Shown here one piece after another: positions 44,501 through 60,000 of a stretch of DNA of 64,000 bases (its first letter is position 1; each line of letters begins with the position of its first letter). Source of the DNA: the human T2T-CHM13v2.0 reference genome, Homo sapiens. Where the stretch lies: contig CP068257.2 of the NCBI GenBank assembly GCA_009914755.4, positions 1,952,001 through 2,016,000 of the forward strand. Reading direction: 5' to 3'. The notes beneath the pieces are model-generated. The model was given only the letters and a program-made list of their open reading frames with translations. It had not been told where the DNA came from and ran no database searches. The translations under genes were made by a program, and so were the position numbers.

Positions 44501-47500
44501 GATTCGAATGGAACGTAATGGCATGAAATGGAAGGGAATTGAATGGAATGTATTGGAATGGAGTGGAATGGAATGGCATGGAATGGAATCAAAAAAATGG
44601 AATTGATTATCATAAAATCTAATGGAATGGAATAGAATATATTTGAATGGAATGGACTGGAATGGAATGGAATCAAAAAATTGGAATGGAGTGGAATGGA
44701 ATGTAGTGTAATGGAATGGAATGGAATGGACTTGAAAGGAATCAAATGTAATGGACTAGAATTGCGTGGAATTGTATGGAATGGAATGGAGTAAAATGGA
44801 GTGAACTGGAATGGAATGGAATAAAATGGAATGGAATCTAATGGAACGGAATCAATTGGAATGGCCTCGAATTGAATGGATCCGAAAGAATTTTCTCGAA
44901 TGGAATGGGAAGACTCGAATGTAATGAAACGGAATGGAATTGAATGGAATTGTATGCAATCGACTCGAACATAATCGACTGAATTGGAATGGAGTCAAAT
45001 GGAATAGAAGCGACTGCAATGGAATCAAATGGAATTTAATTGAACTGAAACAAATTCAATGGAATGGAATGGAATGGAAAGGAATTGAATGGATTGGTAT
45101 GGAGTGGAATGTAACGGACTCGAAAGGAATGTACACGAATGGAATGGAATTGAATGGATTGGAATCGAGTGGAATGATATCAAATTGAATTGAATCAAAT
45201 GGAATGGAATGGAATGGAATGGAATGTGACGGAATGGACTCAAATGGAATGGACTCAAAGGGAATGGAATAGAACAGAATGGAATGGAAAGGAATGGAAA
45301 CGATTTGAATGGAATGGGATGGATTCAAATGGAACGGAATGGAATGAAATGGAATGGAAGTGAATGGAATGTCATGGCATGGAATGGAATGGAATGTACT
45401 CGAAAGGAATGGAATGAAACGGACTGCAATGGAATGGAAAGTAGTGGAATCGAATGTAATGGAATGGCACGAGATGGAATCAAATGCAATGGAATCGAAT
45501 ATAATGTAATGTAAAGGAATGGAATGGAATGGAAACGAAAGGAATGGCATGGCACAGAAAGGAATGCAATGGATTCGAATTGAACCAAAAGGAATGCAAT
45601 GGAATGGAACTGAAAGGAATGGAATGGAATGGAATGGAATGGAATGGAATGGCCTTGAATGCAATGGAAAGGAATGGAAAAGAATGTACTAGAATGGAAT
45701 GGAACGGAATGGAATGGAATGGAATGGAATGGAATGGAATAGAATTGTATGGAATGCAATTGCATGGAATGGAATTGAACACAATGGAATGGAGTGGAAT
45801 GGAATGGAATGCACTTGCATGCAATGGAATCAAAAGGAATGGTATCGAATGGAATGGAATCGAATTCAAAAAATTGGAATGGAATGGCCTCGAAAGGAAT
45901 GGAATTGAAAGGAATGGAACGAAATGCAATCAAATGGAATCAAATGGAATTAAATGGACTGGAATGGAATAGACTGGAAAGTAATGGACTGGAATGGAAT
46001 GGAATCGAATGGAATTGAAAGTAATGGAACGAAATGCAATCAAATGGAATCAAATGGAATTAAATGGACTGGAATGGAATAGACTGGAAAGTAATGGACT
46101 GGAATGGAATGGAATCGAATGGAATGGAAACAAAAGGAATGGAATCAAATGGAATGGAATCCAATGGAATGGACTCTAATGGAATGGATTGGAATGGAAC
46201 GGTCTTGAAAGGAATGGAATTGAATGGAATGAAATGGAATAGTATTAAAGGCAATGGAATGAAATGGAATCGAATGGAAAGGAAAGGAATGGAGTGGGAT
46301 GGAATGGAAACGAATTGAATGGAATGGAATGACAAGGAATGGAATCGAATGAAATAGAATCTAATGGAATGGAATGGAATTGATTCAAATGGAATGTACT
46401 CGAATGGAATGGACTCAAATGGAGTGGAGTGTAATGGAATGGAAAGGACTCAAATATTATGGGCTGGAATGCAATGGACTCGAATGGAACGGACTCGAAT
46501 GGAATAAAATGGATTGGAATGGAATGGAAAGGAATGGACTTGAATGTAATGGGCTGGAATGCAGTTGATTGTAATGGAATGTATTTGAATGGAATGGCTT
46601 TCAATGTAATGTAATATAACCGAATGGAATGAAATGGAATGGAATGGGAAGGAATAGAATGGATTGGAAAGGACTCGAATGTAGTGGGCTCCATTGGAAT
46701 GGAATCCAAAGGAATGAAATAGAATGGAATGGAATCCAATGGAATGGAATAGAATGGATTGGAATCCAATGGAATGGAATCAAATGGAATGGAGTGGAAT
46801 GCGATGGACTCGAATGAAATGGACTGGAATGTAATTGTCTCTAATGGAAAGCAATGGAATGGAATGGAATCAAATCGAATGGAATGTAATCGATTGGAAT
46901 AGAATGGAAGTGAATGGAATGGACTCCCATGGAATGTACTCGAACAGAAAGCAATCAAATGGAATCGAATCAAATAAAATGCAATGGAATGGAATGGAAT
47001 GAAATGGAACGGAAAGGAACTGATTGAAAACAAACTGAATGGAATAGAATGGAATCCAAAGGATTCGAATGGAATGGAATGGAATGAAATGGAATTGAAT
47101 GGAATGGAAAGGAATGGAATCGATTCGAATGGAATGGAATGGCATGGAATGGAATCGAATAAAATGGAATGAAATTGAATGGAATGGGATGGAATGAAGT
47201 GGACTGGAAAGGATTCGAAAAGAATGGACTGGAATTGAGTGGAACTGTATGGAATGGAACGGACTCGAATGGAATGGAATCGAATGAAATGGAGTCGAAT
47301 TGAATGTGTCCAACTCGAACGCTGTCCAGTGTAATGTAATGGGATGGAAGGGAATGGAATTTAATGCAATGGAAAGACTAGAATGGAATAAAATGGAATG
47401 GAATGGAATGGAATAGAATGTAATGGACTGCAATGGAATGGACTCGAATGGAATGCACTAGAGTACAAAGGAATTGAATGCAATTTAATCGAATGGAATG

Positions 47501-50500
47501 AAATCCAATGGAATGGAATGGAATGCAATGCATTGGAACAGACTGGAATGTAATGTACTCGAATGGAATTCACACGAATGGAATGAAATTGAATGCAATC
47601 GATGCGAATGGAATGGAATCAAATCGAATGGAATGGAATGGAATGGAATGGAATGGAATAGATTATAATGGAAAAGAATAGAATGGAATGGAATGGAGTT
47701 GAATGGACTCGAATCGAATGGACTCAAAGGGAATGGAATGGAACATAATACAATGGAAAGGAATGGAATTGACTCGAATGGAAAAGAATGAAGTGGAATG
47801 GAATGGAATTGATCGCAATGGATTCCAATGGAATGGAAAGGAAAGAAATGGAATGGAATTGAATGGAATGCCCGGAAATCAATTGGAATGGAATGGCATG
47901 TAATGGAATCTAATGGAATCGAATTAAATGGAAAAGAATCGAATGAAATGGAAAGGAATTGAATAGAATGGATTTGAATGGAATGGAATGGAATTTAATA
48001 TAATGGAATGGACTGGAAATGAATGGAAGCGAATGGAATGGAATCGAATGGAATGGACTCGAATGGAATGGAATGGAATGGAATCGTCTCAAGTGGAATG
48101 GAATGGAATAGAATGGAATGGAATCGAATGAAACTGAATGGAATTTAACGGAATTGAATGGAATGGAATAGAATCGAATAGAAGGGAACCAAATGGAATG
48201 GTGTGTAATTGAATGAAGTAGAATGGAATGGACTCCAATGGAATGAACTCGAATGGATTGGAATGAAATGGAATGGAATGTTATAGAACGGAATCGAATG
48301 GAGTCAAATGGAATGGAATGGATTGGAATGGAATGGAATGGAATAGAATCAAATGGAATGGAATCACATGGAATGGACTGGAACGCAATGAACGGGAATG
48401 GAATTAACCCAAATGGAATAAACTCGAATGGAATGGATTGCAATGGAATGGAATCTGATGGAATGGAATAGAATGGAATGGACATGAATGGACTGAACTG
48501 GAATGGAACGGTCTCGAATGGAATGGAATCGAATGGAATGATATCAAATGGAATTGAATGGAACGGAAAAGATTGGAGTGGTATGGAATGAAATTGACAC
48601 AACTGAATTGACTGGAATGGAATGGAATGTACTCGAATGAAATGGACTGAATGGAATGGCCTCGAAAGGAATGGAGTCGAATGGAAAGGAATCGAAAGGA
48701 ATGGAATCCAATGGAATAGAATTACAAGGAATGGAAATGAATGGAATGGAATCAAATGGATGGGAATTGAATGGAATGGAAAGGGCTGGACTGGAATGGA
48801 ATGGACTCGAAAGGAATAGACTGGAATGGAACCCTCTGGAATAAAGTGGAGACGAATGGATTGGAATTCAAAGGAATGGATTCGAATGGAATGGAATCGA
48901 ATGGAATGGAACGGAATTGAAGGGAATAGAATGGACTTGAATGTAATTGACTGAATGGAACGGACTCAACAGGAATGGAATCGAATGGAATGGAATCAAA
49001 AGGAATGGACTCGAAAGGAAGGTAATCAAATGGAATGGAATCAAATGGAATACAATCAAACGGAAAGAACTACGATTGAATGGATCGGAAAGGAATGGTA
49101 TTGAATGGAATGGAAGTGAATGGAAAGGAATGGAGTGGAATGGAAGGTAATGGAATAGAATCGAATGGAATGGAAAAGAATGGAATGGAATGGAATGGAA
49201 TGGAATGGACTGCAATGGAATGGAATGTACTCGAATCTAGTGAACTGGAATAGAATGGATTAGAATGGAATGGAGTCGAACGGAACGGAATCAAATGGAA
49301 TGGATTCTAATGGATTTGAATCCAAAGAAACAAAAAAAAATCGAAAGCACTCTAATGAAAGGAAATTGAATGGAATGGAATATATTGGACTTGAGTGGAA
49401 TGGACTCGAAAGGAATGGACTTGACTGGAATCATCTTGATTAAAGTGGACCCAAATTGATTGGAATAGACAGGAATGGAATTGAAAGAAATAGAATCAAA
49501 TGGAGTTGACTCGAATGGAATGTAATCAAATGATAAGGAATCAGCTGGAATGGAATAGAATGGAATGGGCTTCAATTGAATGGATTTGAATGTAATTGTC
49601 TCGAATGGAATTGAATGGAATGGATAGGAGTGGAATAAAATGGAATGGAATGGAATGGAATGAAATGGAATGGAAAGGAATGGAATGGAATGGAATCGAA
49701 TCGAAAGGAATGGCCTGGAATGTAATTGCATGGAATGAAATCGAACTGAATAGAATCTAATGAAACGGAATGCAATTGATTCGAATGGATTGGACTGGAA
49801 AGGAATGGAATCGAACAAAATGAGATGGAATGGAATGGTATGGAATGGAATGGATTCGAATGGAAAGGAATGAAATTGAATGGAATAGAATGGAATGCAA
49901 TGGACTGGAAAGGATTCAAATGGAAAGGACTGGAATTCAGTGGAATCGTATGGAATGGAATAGAATGCAATGGAATGGAATGGAATGGACTCGAATGGAA
50001 TGCAGTCGAATAGAATGGAATCTAATGGAATGGAATCGAATGGAATGGACTCTAATTGAATGGATCAGAATGGAACTGTCTCGAATGCAAAGGAAAGGAA
50101 TGAAAAAGACTCGAATGGAAAGAAATGGAATGGAAAGGAAAGAAATGGAATGGAATAGAAATTTACTGATTCGAATGGAATGGACGGGAATGGAATGGAA
50201 TCACATGGAATGGAATGGAATGGAATGGAAGGGAATGGACTCAAATGTAATGGACTTGAATGAAAAGGACTCGAATGGAATGGAGCGAAATGAAATGGAA
50301 TGGAATGGAATGGACTCGAATGTAATGGACTGGAATGGCATGGACTCGAAGGGTATTGACTTGAATGGAATGCAATGGAATAGTATGGAATGGAATGGAA
50401 TCAAATGTAATGGACTGGAATGGAATGTACCCGAATGGAATGGACTCGAATGGAATGGATTCCACTGGAATGGAGTCGAATGGAATGCAATTGAAAGGAA

Positions 50501-51050
50501 AGGAATCGAATGGAATGGAATCAAAAGGAATGCAATCATGCACTAGAATGAATTGGACTTCTTTGGATTGGACTCGAATGGATAACAATTGAATGGAATG
50601 GAATTGAAAGGAATGGAATCAAATGGAATGGAATCGAATCGAATGCATTGGAATGGAAGGGACTCAAATGGAATGGACTGGAATGGAATGGTCTTGAATG
50701 GAATGGAATCGAATGGAATGCATTACAATCGAAGGGACTCAAATGGAATGGACAGGAATGGAATGGTCTTGAATGGAATGGACTCTAATGGAATGGAATG
50801 GAAAGAATGGCATGGAATAGAATGGAATGGAATGGAATCGAATGTAATGGACTGGAATGGAATGGAATAGAATGGAATGGAATGGAATGGAAAGTAATGG
50901 ACTGGAATGGAATGGACTCGAATGAAATTGACTCGAATGGAATGGACTCCATTGGAATGGACTCCAATGGAATGCAATCGAATGGAATGCCAGCGAATGG
51001 AAGGGACTGGAATGGAATGGACTCGAATGGATTTGAATGGAATGGAATGG
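35581..51050 (+). repeat. HSat3 block B: a diverged (GGAAT)n subfamily rich in GGAATCGAATGG / GGACTCGAATGG, with no Alu fragments. It is HSat3-type, not HSat2.
   Basis: The repeat GGAATGGAATCGAATGGAATGGACTCGAATGG dominates. The GATGAT/ATCATC motif characteristic of HSat2 is essentially absent. Occasional ACCCGAATGG/GGACCCGAAT variants occur near 39970 and 43470. Confidence 0.85.
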
Positions 51051-54000
51051 AATGTAATACAATGGAATGGAGTAGAGGGGAATGGAATGGAATGTATTGC
51101 AGTGGAATGGAGTGCAGTGCAGAGGAATGGAATGGGATGGAGTGGAATGAAATGGAATGGAAAGGAATGGAAGGAAATGGAGTGGAACAGAATGGAGTGG
51201 AATGGATTGCAGTGCAGAGGAATGGAATGGGATGGAGTGGAATGAAATGGAATGGAAAGGAATGGAAGGAAATGGAGTGGAATGGAATGGAGTGGAATGG
51301 AATTGAGTGGAATGCAATGGAATGGAATGGAATGGAGTGGAATGGAGTGTTGTGGGGTTGAGTGGAAATTAAAGGAATGGATTAGAATGGATTGGAGAGG
51401 AATTGGGTGGAATTGAGTGTAGTGGAATGGAATGGATTGAAGTGGAATGGAGTGGAGAAGCATGGAGTGGAATGAAGTAGAATGGAGTGGAATGGAGTGG
51501 ATTGCAGTGGAGTGAAATGCAGTAGAATGGAGTGGAATGTAGTGTAATGGTGTGGAATGGAGTGGAAAGTAGTGGAATGGAATGGAGTGGAGTGGACTGG
51601 AGAAGAGCAGACTGCAGTGGAGTGGAATGGAGTGGAATGGAATGCAGTGGAGTGGAACGGAATGGACTGGAATTGTATGGAGTAGAATGGAGTCCAGTGG
51701 AGTGGAATGGAATGGAGTGGATTGGAGTTTCGTAGAAGGAAGTGTAATGTGCTGGAGTGGAATGGAATGAAATGGAGTGGAGGGCAGTGGAGTGGAGTGA
51801 ATTGGAATGGAAAGTAATGGATTGGATTTCAGTCTAATGGAATGGAGTGGAATGGAATGAAGTGGAATCGAATTGAATGGAATGGAATGGATTGGATATG
51901 AGTGGAATGGAATGGAGTGGAATGGAAAGGAGTGGAATGGTTTTGAGAGGAATCGAATGGAATGGAATGGAATGGAATGGAGTGTAGAGTAGTGCATTGG
52001 AGTGGGATGGAAATGAATGGATTGGAATGTCATGGAATGGAATGGAAAGGAATGGAGTGGAGTGGAGAGCAGAGGAGCGGAATCCAAAGGAATAGAATGG
52101 AATAGAGAGGAATGGAATGGAGTGGATTGGAGCGCAGTGGAATGGAATGGAATGGAGTGGAGTGGAATGGAATGGAGTGGAGTGGAATGGAATGGAACGA
52201 AATGGAGGGCACTGGTTTTGAATGGAATGGAATGGAAAGCAATGGAATGGAATGGAACGGAAAGGAGAGGAGGGTAGCATAGTGGAGTGGAATGAAATGG
52301 AATACAATGGAATGGAAAGGAAAGGAATGGAATGCTATGGAATGGAGTGGACTGGAATGGAATGGAGTGGAGGGGAGTGGAATGGTTTGGAATGGATTGG
52401 AATGGAATGGAAGTGAATGGAATGGAATGGAAGGGAATAGAATGCAATGGAATGGAGTGCAGTGGAATGGAATGGAGAGGAGTGGAAAAGAATGGAATTG
52501 AATGGAGAAGAGTTGAATGGAATAGATTGGAGTGGAATATAAAAGAATGGAATGGAATGGAATGGAATGCAATGGAATTGAATGGAGTGCAGTGGAGTGG
52601 AGTGGATTAGTGTAGAATGGAATTGAATGGAACGGAATGGAATACAATAGAATGGATTAGAATGGAATGGAATGGAATGCAATGGAGTGGAATGGAGAGG
52701 AGTGGAGTGGAATGAAATGGAATTAAGAGGAGTGGAATGAAATGGACTGGAATGGAATATATTGGAATGGAGTGGAGTGGACTGGAATGGAATAGAGTAG
52801 AATGAAGCAAAGTGGAATGGAGTGGAGTGGAATGGCATGACATGGAATGGAATGGAATGGAGTTGAGTGGAGTGGAATGGAATGGAATGGAGTGTAGTGC
52901 AGGGGAGAGGAGTCGAGTGGAATACAGTGGAATGGAGTGGAATGGAATGGATTGCAGTTTAATGGAATGGAGCGGAATGGATTGGAGTGGAATGGAATGG
53001 ATTGGAATGGAGTGTAATAGAATGGTGTGGAGTGGAGTGGAATGGAATAGACTGGATTATTGTGGAGGGTAATGGAATGAAATTAAGTGGAGTGGAATGG
53101 AATGGAGTGGATTGCAATGGAGTGGAATGGAATGGAGTGGAAAAGAATGGAGTGAAATAGAGTGGAATCGAGTGGAGAAGACTGGAATTGATTTGAAAGG
53201 AATGGAGTGGAATGCAGGGAAGTGGAATGGTATGTATTGGAATGGAGTGGAGTGGAATTGAGTGGAATGGACTGGAGTGGAATGGAAGTTAACGGAATGG
53301 AATAGAATGGAATGGAATGGAGTTGAGTGGAATGGAACGGAATGGAATGGAATGGAGTGGATTGGAATGGAGTGGAATGGAATGGTGAGGAATAGAATGC
53401 AGTGCAGTGCATTGGAATGGAATAGAGTGGAATGGAGTGGTGTGGAATGGTATGGAATGCAGTAGAGTTTAACAGAATGTAGTGGAAGGACAGGGAATGG
53501 AGTGGAGTGTAATGGAATGGAATGCCGTGGAAAAGAATAGAATGGAGTTGAGTGGAATGGAATGAAGTGGAGTGGAATGGAGTGGCGTGGATTGCAATGC
53601 AATGGAGGCGAATGGAATGGTGTGTGAAATGTAATGGAGTGGATTGCTTGGAATGTAATGGAGTGGAATGGAGTTGAGTGGAATGGAATGGGATGGAGAG
53701 GAATGGAATGGAATGGAATGGAATGGAATGGAATGGAATGAAGTGGAATGGAGTAGAATAGAATGGAATGGGCTGGAGTGCTGTGGAATGGAATGGAGTG
53801 GAGTGGAGTGGTACGTAAATGAATGGAATAAAATGGAATGGAATGGAATGGAATGTAGTGGAGTGGAGTGAAGTGGAGTGGAATTGAATGGAATGGGATG
53901 GAGTGGAATTGAATAGAGTGAATGGAATGTAGTGGAATGGAATGGAGTGGAGTGGATTGGAATGAAATAGAGTGCAATGGAGTGGTGTGGAATGGGTTGC

Positions 54001-57000
54001 AATGGAGTGGAATTTAAGGTAATGCAGTGGATTGGCATGAAATGGAGTGGAGTGGAAGGGAATGGAATGCTGTAGAATGGAATGGAATGGAGTTGAGTGG
54101 AATGGAAAGAAGTGGAGTGGAAAGGAATGGCGTGGAGTCGAATGGAATGGAGTGGAATTGAATGGTGTGTGAAATGGAAAGCAGGATATTGAAGAGGAAT
54201 GTAACGGAGTGGAATGGAGCTGTGAGTGGAATGCAATCGAAAGGAATGGAATTGAATGGAATGGAATCGAGTAAAGTGGAATGGAATGTAAGCAAAAGGA
54301 ATGGACTAGAATGGAATGGTCTCGAATGGAATGGAATCGAATTGAATGGACTTGAAAGAACGGATTCGAATGGAATTAAATCAAATGGAATCGAATGCTC
54401 TGGAATGGAAAAGAATGGACTCGAATTTAATGGAATGAAATGGAATTCACTCAAATGGAATGGAATCGAAAGTAAGGATATCTAGTGGAATAGATTCTAA
54501 TGGAATGGAATCGAATTGAATGGACACGAATGGCATGAACTTGAATGGACATTTCTCGAATGGAATGGAATGGAATGGTGTGGAATGGAATGGACTCGAA
54601 TGGAATGGTCTCCAATGGAATGGAATCGAATGGAACGCAATCGAAAGGAATGGAATCGAATGGAATTGAATCGAATAAAGGGGAATAGAATGGACACGAA
54701 AGGATTATACTAGAATGGAACCATCTATAATGGAATGAAATTGAATAGAATGGAATTGAATGGATTGGATTCGAATAAAATGAAAAGGAATCGAATCGAA
54801 TGGACTGTAATGGAAAAGAATCGACTCGAATGTAATGGACTAGAATGAAATGCCTTCAAATGGAATAGAAACTAATGGAATGGAAGCTAAAGGAATGGAA
54901 TTGAATCAAATGGAAACGAAAGGAACGAATTGGAATGGAAAGGTCTCCAATGGAATGGAATGGAATACAATGGAATGGAATGGAATGGAAAGGAATGGAA
55001 TGGAGTGGAATGGAGTGGAATGGAATGGAACGGTATGGAATGGATTGGATTGGAGTGCATTGCAGAGGAATGGAAAGGAACGGTATGGAATGGATTGGAT
55101 TGGAGTGCATTGCAGAGGAATGGAAAGGAACGGTATGGAATGGATTGGATTGGAGTGGAATGGAGTGGAATGGAAAGGAATGGAGTGGATTGGATTCGAA
55201 TGGAATGGAATGCAGTGGAGTGGAATGCAATGGAATGGAATGGAACGGAATGTTATAGAATGGAAAGGAGTGGAGAGGAATGGAATGGAACGGAATGGAA
55301 TGGAGGGGAAGGGACTGGAGTGGAGTAGAGTATAGTTGAATGGAATGGAATGGAATGGAATGGAATACTGTAGAATGGTATGTAGTGGAGTGGAATGGAA
55401 TGGAATATAATGCAGTGGAATGGAGTGGAGTGAAGTGGAATGGAATGGAGTGAAGTGGAATGGAATGGAATGCAGTGGAATGGAGTGGAATACAGTGGAG
55501 TGGAATGGAATGGAGCGGACTGTAAAGAAATGGAGTGGAATGGAATGGCGTGGAATGGAATGGAGAGGTGTGGAATGGATTGGAGTGGATTGAAATGGAG
55601 TGGAGTTGAAAGGAATGGAATGGAAAGGAATGGAAGGGAAAGGTGTAGAATGGAGTGGAAAGGTTTGGAAAGCAATTGATTGGAGTTTAGTGGAATGGAA
55701 TGAAAGAGAGTGGAATGACATGGTATGGAGTGCAATGTAATGCAGTGGAATAGAGTGGCGTCAAATGGAATGGAAGGGAATGGAGTGGAATGGAATGGAA
55801 TGGAGTGGAATGGAATGGAGTGGAAAAGAATGGAAGGGAATAAAATAGAATGGAAGGGAATGGAAGAGAATGCAATGGAATGGAATGGAATGGAATGGAG
55901 TGAATTGGAATCGAATGGAATTGATTGGAATGTAATGGAATTGAGAGAAGTGGAATGAAGGCAATGGAATGCAATGGAATGAAATGAGAATAAGTGCAGT
56001 GGAATGAAATGGAACGGAATGGAATGTAGTGGATTGGAGTGGAGTGGAGTGGAATTGAATTGAATGGAGTGCAGAAGAATGGACTGGAATGGAATGGAAT
56101 GGAATGGAATGGAATGGAATGGATTAGAATGGAATGGTATGTAATGGAATGTTACAGAATTGAATGGAGTGGAGTAGAATGGAATGAAATGGAATGGAAA
56201 GGAATGATGACGAGGGGACTGGAGTGGAGAAGAATATAGTGGAACGGAATGGAATGGAAGGGAATGGAATGGAGAGCAATGGAATTGAAAACTATAGAAT
56301 GGTATGGATTTGAGTGGAATGGAATGTTATCTAATGCATTGGAATGGAGTGGAGTGGAGTGGAATGGAATGTAATCCATTGTAATGGAGTGGAATGGAAT
56401 GGAAATGAATGGAACGCAATGGAATGGAATGGGGTGGGGTGGAGTAGAGTGGACAGAAATGGAAAGGAGTGGAATGGAAAGGAGTGGAAGGAAGTGGAGT
56501 GGAACGGAATGGAGTGGACTGGAAACAAATGGAGTGGAATGGAATGGTGTGGAATGGAATGCAGTTGTGTGGAATGCAATGGAGTGGAGAGGAATGGACT
56601 GGAGTTGAATGGAATGGAATGGAGAGGAATAGAATGGAAAGCTTTGGAGTGCAGTGGAGTAGTGTGGAATGGAATAGAATGGAGTAGAGTGGAATGGAAT
56701 GAAATGCAGTGGAATGGCATTTAATGGAATGCAATGGAATGCAGTGGAATAGAATGGAGTCTAATGGAATGGAATGCAATGTACTGGATTGAAATGGAAT
56801 GAAATGAAATGGAATGGAGTGGGGTGGAGAGGAATGGAATGGAATGGAGTGGAATGGAATGGAGTGGAATGGAGTGCAGTGGAATAGAGAGGAATGAAAT
56901 TGAATGGAACAGAATTGAATGTATTGAAATGCATCGAATTGGAGTGGAATGGGGTGGAATGGAATTGAATGGAGTGGAATAGAATGGAATGAAATGGAAT

Positions 57001-60000
57001 GCAATGGATTCGAGTGGAGTGCTGTGGAATATAATGTAAGGGAGTACAATTGAATGGAATGGAATGGAATGGAATGGAGTGGGGTGGAATTGAATGGAAT
57101 GGAGTGGAATGGAATGGAATGCAATGGAATGGAAAGGAATGGAATGCAATGGAATGGAATGTAAAGCAATGGAATGCAATGGAAGGGAGAGGAGGGGAAT
57201 GTAGTGCAGTGGAGTGAAGTGTAACAGAATGGAATGAAATGGAATGGAATAGAATGGAATGGAGTGGAGTTGAAAGGATTGGAATGCAACGGTATGGAAC
57301 GCAATGGAATGGAACAGAGTGGAATGGAATAGAATGGAATGGAATTTAGTGGTATGTAGAGGAGTGGAGTGGAATGGAGATGAAAGTAATGGAATGGAAA
57401 GGAAGGGAAATGAATGGGATGGAAAGGAATGGAATGAGACTGGGTGAATTCGAGTGAAATGCAATGGATGGAAGTGGAATGGAATGGAATGCAATGCAAT
57501 GGAATGGGACAGAATGTAATGGAATGGAATGCAATGGAGTGGAATGGAATGGAATGGAATGGAATGGAATGGCATAGAATGGGGTGGAATGGATTGGAAT
57601 GAAATGGAATGGAATGGAATGGAATGGAATGGAATGGAATGGAATGGATTGGAGTGGAGTGGAGTGGAATCGAATAGAATGGAGAGGAGCAGAATTGAAT
57701 GGAATCGAATAGAGTGGAATGGAATGGAGAGGAATGGAAAGGAATGGAATGGAAAGAAATGGAGTGGAATGGAATTGAATGGATTGGAGTGGAATGGAAT
57801 GGAATGGGCGGGGATGGAATGCAGATGAGGGGATTGGAGTGGAGTAGAGAATAGTGGATTGGAATGCAAAGGAAAGGAATGGAATGCAATGGAACACTAT
57901 AGAATGGTATGGAGTTTACTGGAATGGAATGGAATGCAGATGAGTGGAATGTAATTGAAAGGAATGGAACGGAATGGAGTGGACTAGAGTGGAATGGAAT
58001 GGAGTAGATTGGAATGCAATGGAATGGATTGTAATAGAATGCAATGCAGTGGAATGGAAAGTTGCGGAGTGGAGTAGCGTGGAGTGGAATGGAACTGAAT
58101 GGAATTCTATTTAATGGAAATGGAAGTAAATGGAATAGAATGGAGTAGAGTAGAATGGAGTGGAATGGAGTCGAATGTAGAGCAGTGGAATGGAATGGAA
58201 AGCAGTTGAGTGGAATGGAACGGAGTTGAATGGAAAAGAGTGTAATGGAGTAGAGTGGAGATGAATGGAATTGAGAGGAATGAAGTGAGGTGGAATGGAG
58301 TAGAATATAGCGGAGTGGAATGGAATGGAATGGAATGGAATGGAATGGAGTGGAGTGGAGTGGATTCCAATGCAATGGATTGGAGTGGAGTGGAGAGGAT
58401 TGGAATAGAATAGAGTGAAACGGAGTGGAATGGAATGGAGTGGAGTGCAATGGAATGGAGCAGAATGGAATGGAGTGGAATGGAATGGAGTGTAGTGGAG
58501 TGTTATGGAATGGTGTGGAGTGTAGCGGAATGGAAAGGACTGGAATGTAGTGGAGTGTAATAGAATGGAAATGAGTGGAGGGGAATGTAATGGGATGGAG
58601 TTGTTTGGAATGGAGTGGAAGGGAATGGAGTGGAATAGAATGGAAGGGAATGGAAAAGAATGGAATGGAGTAAAATGGAACGGAATGGAAAGGAATGGAA
58701 TTTAAAGGAATGGAGTGGAGTGGAAATGAATGGAAAGGAATGGAACGGAATGTAATGGAACGGAATGTAATGGAATGGAATGGAATGGAATGGAATGGAG
58801 TGGATTGGAGTGGAGCGGAGTGGAGTGGTATGGAATTGAATAATGTGGAGTGGAATGGAATGGAATGGAATAGAATGGAATGGAGTGGAGTGGAATGGAA
58901 GGGAATGGGATGGAATGCTGAGGTGTTAATTGGAGTGGAGAAGAGCATAGTGGAATGTAATGGAATGTAATGAAATGGAATAGAATGGAATAGCTTACTA
59001 TAGAATGGTATGGAGTGGAGTGGAATGGAATGGAATGGAATGCAGTGGAATGGAGTGGAGTGGAGTGGAATGGAATGCACTGCAATGGAGTGGAATGGAT
59101 TGGAATGGAGTGGAATGGAGTGGAGTGGAATGGAAAGGAATGGAATCGAATGGAATGGAGTGGAGTGGAGTGGAATGGAATGGAATGGATTGGAGGGAGT
59201 GGAGAGGAGTGGAATAGAATAGAGTGAAATTGAGTGGAATGGAATGGAGTGGAGTGCAACAGAATGGAGCGGAATGGAATGGAGTGGAATGGAATGGAGT
59301 GGAGTCGAGTGTTATGGAATGGTGTGGAGTGTACTGGAGTGGAAAGGACTGGAATGTAGTGGAGTGTAATGGAACGGAAATGAGTGGAGGGGAATGTAAT
59401 GGAATGGAGTTGATTGGAATGGAATGGAATGGAATTGATTGGAATGGAATGGAAGTGAATGGAATGGAATGGAGTAAAATGGAAAAGAATGGAAACGAAT
59501 GGAATGGAATGGAATGGATTGGAGTGGAATTGAATGGAAAGTAATGGAAAGGCATGGAATGGAATGGAATGGAATGGAACGGAACGGAACGGAATGGAGT
59601 GGATTGGAGTGGAGTGGAGTGGTATGGAATTGAATAAAATGGAGTGGAATGGAATGGAATGGAAAAGAATGGAATGGAGTGGAGTGGAATGGGATGGAAT
59701 GGGGAGGTGTGGACTGGAGTGGAGGAGAGAATAGTGGAATGGAATGGAATGGAATGGAATGAAATGGAATGGAAGGGAATGGAATGGTATACTACAGAAT
59801 GGTATGGAGTGGAGTGGAATGGAATGGAATGGAATGCAGTGGAATGGAGTGGAATGGAATAGAATGGAGTGGATTGGAGTGGAATTCAATGGAGTAAAAT
59901 GGATTGGATTGTAATGGAGTGGATTAGAATGGAATGGAGAGAAGTGGAAAGAAAAGGAGTGGAATGGAATGGTGTGGATTGGAGTGGAATGGAGTGAAAT

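Noticed and set aside
35581-51050. Block B might be HSat2 instead of HSat3.
   Set aside because: The HSat2 hallmark motif ATCATC/GATGAT that alternates with CATTCGATTCC is essentially absent. Block B is pentameric GGAAT with CGAATGG variants, so it is HSat3-type.
56327-59080. Very long ORFs in the HSat3 blocks, for example 917 aa on the minus strand at 56327..59080, and 692, 637, 595 and 574 aa at other positions. They have repetitive HSIPFHSTPLHS... translations.
   Set aside because: (CATTC)n and (GGAAT)n contain no stop codons in most frames, so long ORFs arise trivially. The peptides are low-complexity repeats with no domain similarity. They are artefacts, not genes.
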